Positions 59,889 to 64,000 of a DNA stretch of 64,000 bases are shown piece by piece; the stretch's first letter is position 1; the number at the start of each line of letters is the position of its first letter. The notes under the pieces are model-generated. The model searched no databases. It saw only the letters and a list, made by a program, of their open reading frames with translations, and was not told where the DNA came from. The stretch covers positions 186,001-250,000 of the forward strand of contig NW_026948115.1 of NCBI RefSeq assembly GCF_963921235.1. The letters run 5' to 3'. A program made the position numbers and the translations under genes. The stretch is from Mobula hypostoma. Lineage: Eukaryota.

Positions 59889-61210
59889 CTGGGGCTTGTC
59901 GCGATCTGTCGGTACTGATGGCGATGAGGAGCTCTCCCTGCCCTGTTTCCACCCGGGGGTGGTGGGTGGGTGGGGGTCTGTAATATCGGCCGCTGCTGGA
60001 ACCCCCCCCGCTTCGCTGTTGCGTCAGTGAAATGATTCCCTTTGGAGAGCTCGTCTCCTGCCGAACATTTAACTGTGGCTCAGGCTGCGGTGTCTGGGGG
60101 GGCCGGTGACGGGTGAGTAACCGGTTGGGAATGTTTGCTCGGTTTCCGGAGGGGCTGATGAACCCCCTGTCCCTCCGGAGCCGCTCCACGGGTGTAAGCG
60201 TCCTCAGTCTGGCCCGAGGCCGGACGGTTCTGCTGCCGGTGCCGACGCTCCGTTTGGCGGGGCGTCAGCCTCTGCAATCTGACGGGCGAAGTGCCGTGTG
60301 GCGGCGGAACGGAGGGGCAGGGTCACGGCACCGGGTACCGACACCGGGATACCGACACCGGGTACCGACACGGCCCGGGGGTACCGACACCGGGTACGGA
60401 CACGGCCCGGGGGTACCGACACGGCCCGGCGGTACCGACACCGGGTACGGACACGGCCCGGGGGTACCGACACGGCCCGGCGGTACCGACACCGGGTACG
60501 GACACGGCCCGGGGGTACCGACACGGCCCGGCGGTACCGGCACCGGGTACGGACACGGCCCGGCGGTACCGACACCGGGTACGGACACGGCCCGGGGGTA
60601 CCGACACGGCCCGGCGGTGCCGGCACCGGGTACGGACACGGCCCGGGGGTACCGACACCGGGTACCGACACGGCCCGGGGGTACCGACACCGGGTACGGA
60701 CACGGCCCGGCGGTACCGACACCGGGTACGGACACGGCCCGGGGGTACCGACACCGGGTACGGACACGGCCCGGGGGTACCGACACGGCCCGGCGGTACC
60801 GACACCGGGTACGGACACGGCCCGGGGGTACGGACACGGCCCGGGGGTACGGACACGGCCCGGCGGTACCGACACCGGGTACGGACACGGCCCGGGGATA
60901 CCGACACCGGGTACCGACACGGCCCGGGGGTGATCAGTGAACGGGGCTGTCACCGCTCGGAGGGAGGAGGCCATTCCCCTCACTACGGCAGGTAGGGAGG
61001 CCGCTGGTCGGTTGCCAGCCCCGGATTGTCGGCGCAGGACCCCGGGAGTGAATCCTCGCTTCTCGGTAACGTACAGCGGGAAAGGCGCCTCACAGGCAGG
61101 TAGGCCCAAGGCCGCCCGTCACGAAGGGCATCGTTTGGGGCTGTAAATGCCCGATGCCCCTGGTCGGCCCACCGCCCAGTTACCGGCTGGTCCTGCAGGG
61201 TGGCGGCGGA
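59889..61210 (-). mobile_element. ERV segment C (RNase H and RT connection region)
   Basis: Collinear with 49280-50060, with a tandem expansion at 60330-60930 and marked GC enrichment. Confidence 0.85.
60330..60930 (+). repeat. CpG-rich minisatellite of interspersed 13- and 19-bp variants
   Basis: GGGTAC(C/G)GACACC and GGTACCGACACGGCCCGG(G/C) units. Confidence 0.95.
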
Positions 61211-61320
61211 GGTTACAGGGGTGGCGGGGTCACGGTGCGGGTTATCGGGCTGTGATTGTCACTTCAGCCGCATTTGACAGATATGGATCTCCCCCCCCCC
61301 CCCCCGCCCGGTTGTTTCAG

Positions 61321-61593
61321 GGATCCACACTTTCCAGCGGATGTACGGCTGTGAGATCCGTGAGGACGGGACCACCACCGGGTTCATTCAGTACGCCTGG
61401 GACGGGTCAGACTTCATCAGCTTCGACAAGGAGAACATGGTGTGGGTGACCCCTGTGCCCTGGGGTCAGATCACCAAGAACAAGTGGGACCGGGACACGG
61501 CCGAGAAGCAGCAGAGAAAGGGATACCTGGAGCAGATCTGCACCGAATGGCTGACGAAATACGTCAAGGCCGGGAACGGTCACCTGAAACCCA
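61321..61593 (+). CDS. UAA: MHC class I heavy chain exon 3 (alpha2 domain)
   Basis: 273 bp, phase 1-1, tttcAG acceptor and GTGAGT donor; GIHTFQRMYGCEI...DFISF...ITKNKWD...GYLEQICTEWLTKY with C101/C164, F123, T143, K146, W147, Y159 and Y171. Confidence 0.97.
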
Positions 61594-61624
61594 GTGAGTG
61601 GGGGGGATGTGTGTCTGAGAGTGA

Positions 61625-64000
61625 CCCTCCCTCCGTCTCCTCACTCCACCCTCCCCTCCGTCTCCTCACTCCACCCTCCCCTCCGTCTCCTCACTCCACC
61701 CTCCCCTCCGTCTCCTCACTCCACCCTCCCCTCCGTCTCCTCTCCCCACCCTCCCCTCCGTCTCCTCACCCCACCCTCCCCTCCGTCTCCTCACTCCACC
61801 CTCCCCTCCGTCTCCTCTCCCCACCCTCCCCTCCGTCTCCTCACTCCACCCTCCCCTCCGTCTCCTCACTCCACCCTCCCCTCCGTCTCCTCACTCCACC
61901 CTCCCCTCCGTCTCCTCTCCCCCCTCCCCTCCGTCTCCTCACTCCACCCTCCCCTCCGTCTCCTCTCCCCCCTCCCCTCCGTCTCCTCACTCCACCCTCC
62001 CTCCGTCTCCTCACTCCACCCTCCCCTCCGTCTCCTCACTCCACCCTCCCCTCCGTCTCCTCACTCCACCCTCCCCTCCGTCTCCTCTCCCCACCCTCCC
62101 CTCCGTCTCCTCACCCCACCCTCCCCTCCGTCTCCTCACTCCACCCTCCCCTCCGTCTCCTCTCCCCACCCTCCCCTCCGTCTCCTCACTCCACCCTCCC
62201 CTCCGTCTCCTCACTCCACCCTCCCCTCCGTCTCCTCACTCCACCCTCCCCTCCGTCTCCTCTCCCCCCTCCCCTCCGTCTCCTCACTCCACCCTCCCCT
62301 CCGTCTCCTCTCCCCAACCTCCCCTCCGTCTCCTCACTCCACCCTCCCCTCCGTCTCCTCACTCCACCCTCCCTCCGTCTCCTCACTCCACCCTCCCCTC
62401 CGTCTCCTCACTCCACCCTCCCCTCCGTCTCCTCACTCCACCCTCCCCTCCGTCTCCTCACTCCACCCTCCCTCCGTCTCCTCACTCCACCCTCCCCTCC
62501 GTCTCCTCACTCCACCCTCCCTCCGTCTCCTCACTCCACCCTCCCCTCCGTCTCCTCACTCCACCCTCCCCTCCGTCTCCTCACTCCACCCTCCCCTCCG
62601 TCTCCTCACTCCACCCTCCCCTCCGTCTCCTCACTCCACCCCTCCGTCTCCTCACTCCACCCTCCCCTCCGTCTCCTCACTCCACCCTCCCCTCCGTCTC
62701 CTCTCTCCACCCTCCCCTCCGTCTCCTCACTCCACCCTCCCCTCCGTCTCCTCACTCCACCCTCCCTCCGTCTCCTCACTCCACCCTCCCCTCCGTCTCC
62801 TCACTCCACCCTCCCCTCCGTCTCCTCACTCCACCCTCCCCTCCGTCTCCTCACTCCACCCTCCCTCCGTCTCCTCACTCCACCCTCCCCTCCGTCTCCT
62901 CACTCCACCCTCCCTCCGTCTCCTCACTCCACCCTCCCCTCCGTCTCCTCACTCCACCCTCCCCTCCGTCTCCTCACTCCACCCTCCCCTCCGTCTCCTC
63001 TCCCCAACCTCCCCTCCGTCTCCTCACTCCACCCTCCCCTCCGTCTCCTCACTCCACCCTCCCTCCGTCTCCTCACTCCACCCTCCCCTCCGTCTCCTCA
63101 CTCCACCCTCCCCTCCGTCTCCTCACTCCACCCTCCCCTCCGTCTCCTCACTCCACCCTCCCTCCGTCTCCTCACTCCACCCTCCCCTCCGTCTCCTCAC
63201 TCCACCCTCCCTCCGTCTCCTCACTCCACCCTCCCCTCCGTCTCCTCACTCCACCCTCCCCTCCGTCTCCTCACTCCACCCTCCCCTCCGTCTCCTCACT
63301 CCACCCTCCCCTCCGTCTCCTCACTCCACCCCTCCGTCTCCTCACTCCACCCTCCCCTCCGTCTCCTCACTCCACCCTCCCCTCCGTCTCCTCTCTCCAC
63401 CCTCCCCTCCGTCTCCTCACTCCACCCTCCCCTCCGTCTCCTCACTCCACCCTCCCTCCGTCTCCTCACTCCACCCTCCCCTCCGTCTCCTCACTCCACC
63501 CTCCCCTCCGTCTCCTCACTCCACCCTCCCCTCCGTCTCCTCACTCCACCCTCCCTCCGTCTCCTCACTCCACCCTCCCCTCCGTCTCCTCACTCCACCC
63601 TCCCTCCGTCTCCTCACTCCACCCTCCCCTCCGTCTCCTCACTCCACCCTCCCCTCCGTCTCCTCACTCCACCCTCCCCTCCGTCTCCTCACTCCATCCT
63701 CCCCTCCGTCTCCTCACTCCACCCTCCCCTCCGTCTCCTCACTCCACCCTCCCTCCGTCTCCTCACTCCACCCTCCCCTCCGTCTCCTCTCCCCCCTCCC
63801 CTCCGTCTCCTCACTCCACCCCTCCGTCTCCTCACTCCACCCTCCCCTCCGTCTCCTCACTCCACCCTCCCCTCCGTCTCCTCTCTCCACCCTCCCCTCC
63901 GTCTCCTCTCTCCACCCTCCCCTCCGTCTCCTCACTCCACCCTCCCTCCGTCTCCTCACTCCACCCTCCCCTCCGTCTCCTCACTCCACCCTCCCCTCCG
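61625..64000 (+). repeat. C-rich minisatellite, 25-bp unit (with shorter variants), over 2.3 kb, running off the window
   Basis: GTCTCCTCACTCCACCCTCCCCTCC repeated about 95 times, starting about 30 bp after the alpha2 donor. Confidence 0.97.

Noticed and set aside
60113-61109. Six overlapping 200-300 aa ORFs
   Set aside because: They are products of a stop-free GC-rich minisatellite in decayed ERV sequence.
61625-64000. Each 25-bp unit matches the human PRDM9 motif CCNCCNTNNCCNC (CCACCCTCCCCTC)
   Set aside because: PRDM9 zinc-finger specificity turns over rapidly and C-rich repeats match this degenerate motif easily; no inference is possible for this species.

Overview
Vertebrate genomic DNA, most likely a cartilaginous fish (inferred from the class I sequence and a CR1, Penelope, V-SINE and Rex1 repeat landscape), covering part of the MHC class I region. 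Two host genes lie head-to-head. TAP1 is on the minus strand, with one coding exon at 7172-7670; the rest of the gene runs off the left edge. A classical-type MHC class I heavy chain gene is on the plus strand: leader 28027-28078, alpha1 37899-38159 and alpha2 61321-61593, with alpha3 onward beyond the window. The interval between them holds three S-X1-X2-Y modules (one facing TAP1, two in tandem before class I) and a triple-GAAA ISRE present twice in a gap-flanked duplicate. No PSMB exon was found between the genes. The 23-kb class I intron 2 is a three-unit array of a dead antisense ERV joined to hAT pieces, with nested CR1, Gypsy, Tigger and Penelope insertions. The ERV copy next to the alpha2 exon shows strongly one-directional AT-to-GC change and has given rise to a minisatellite. 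The rest is transposable elements, tandem repeats and assembly gaps. All alignments and counts were done by eye, and human reference motifs are quoted from memory.
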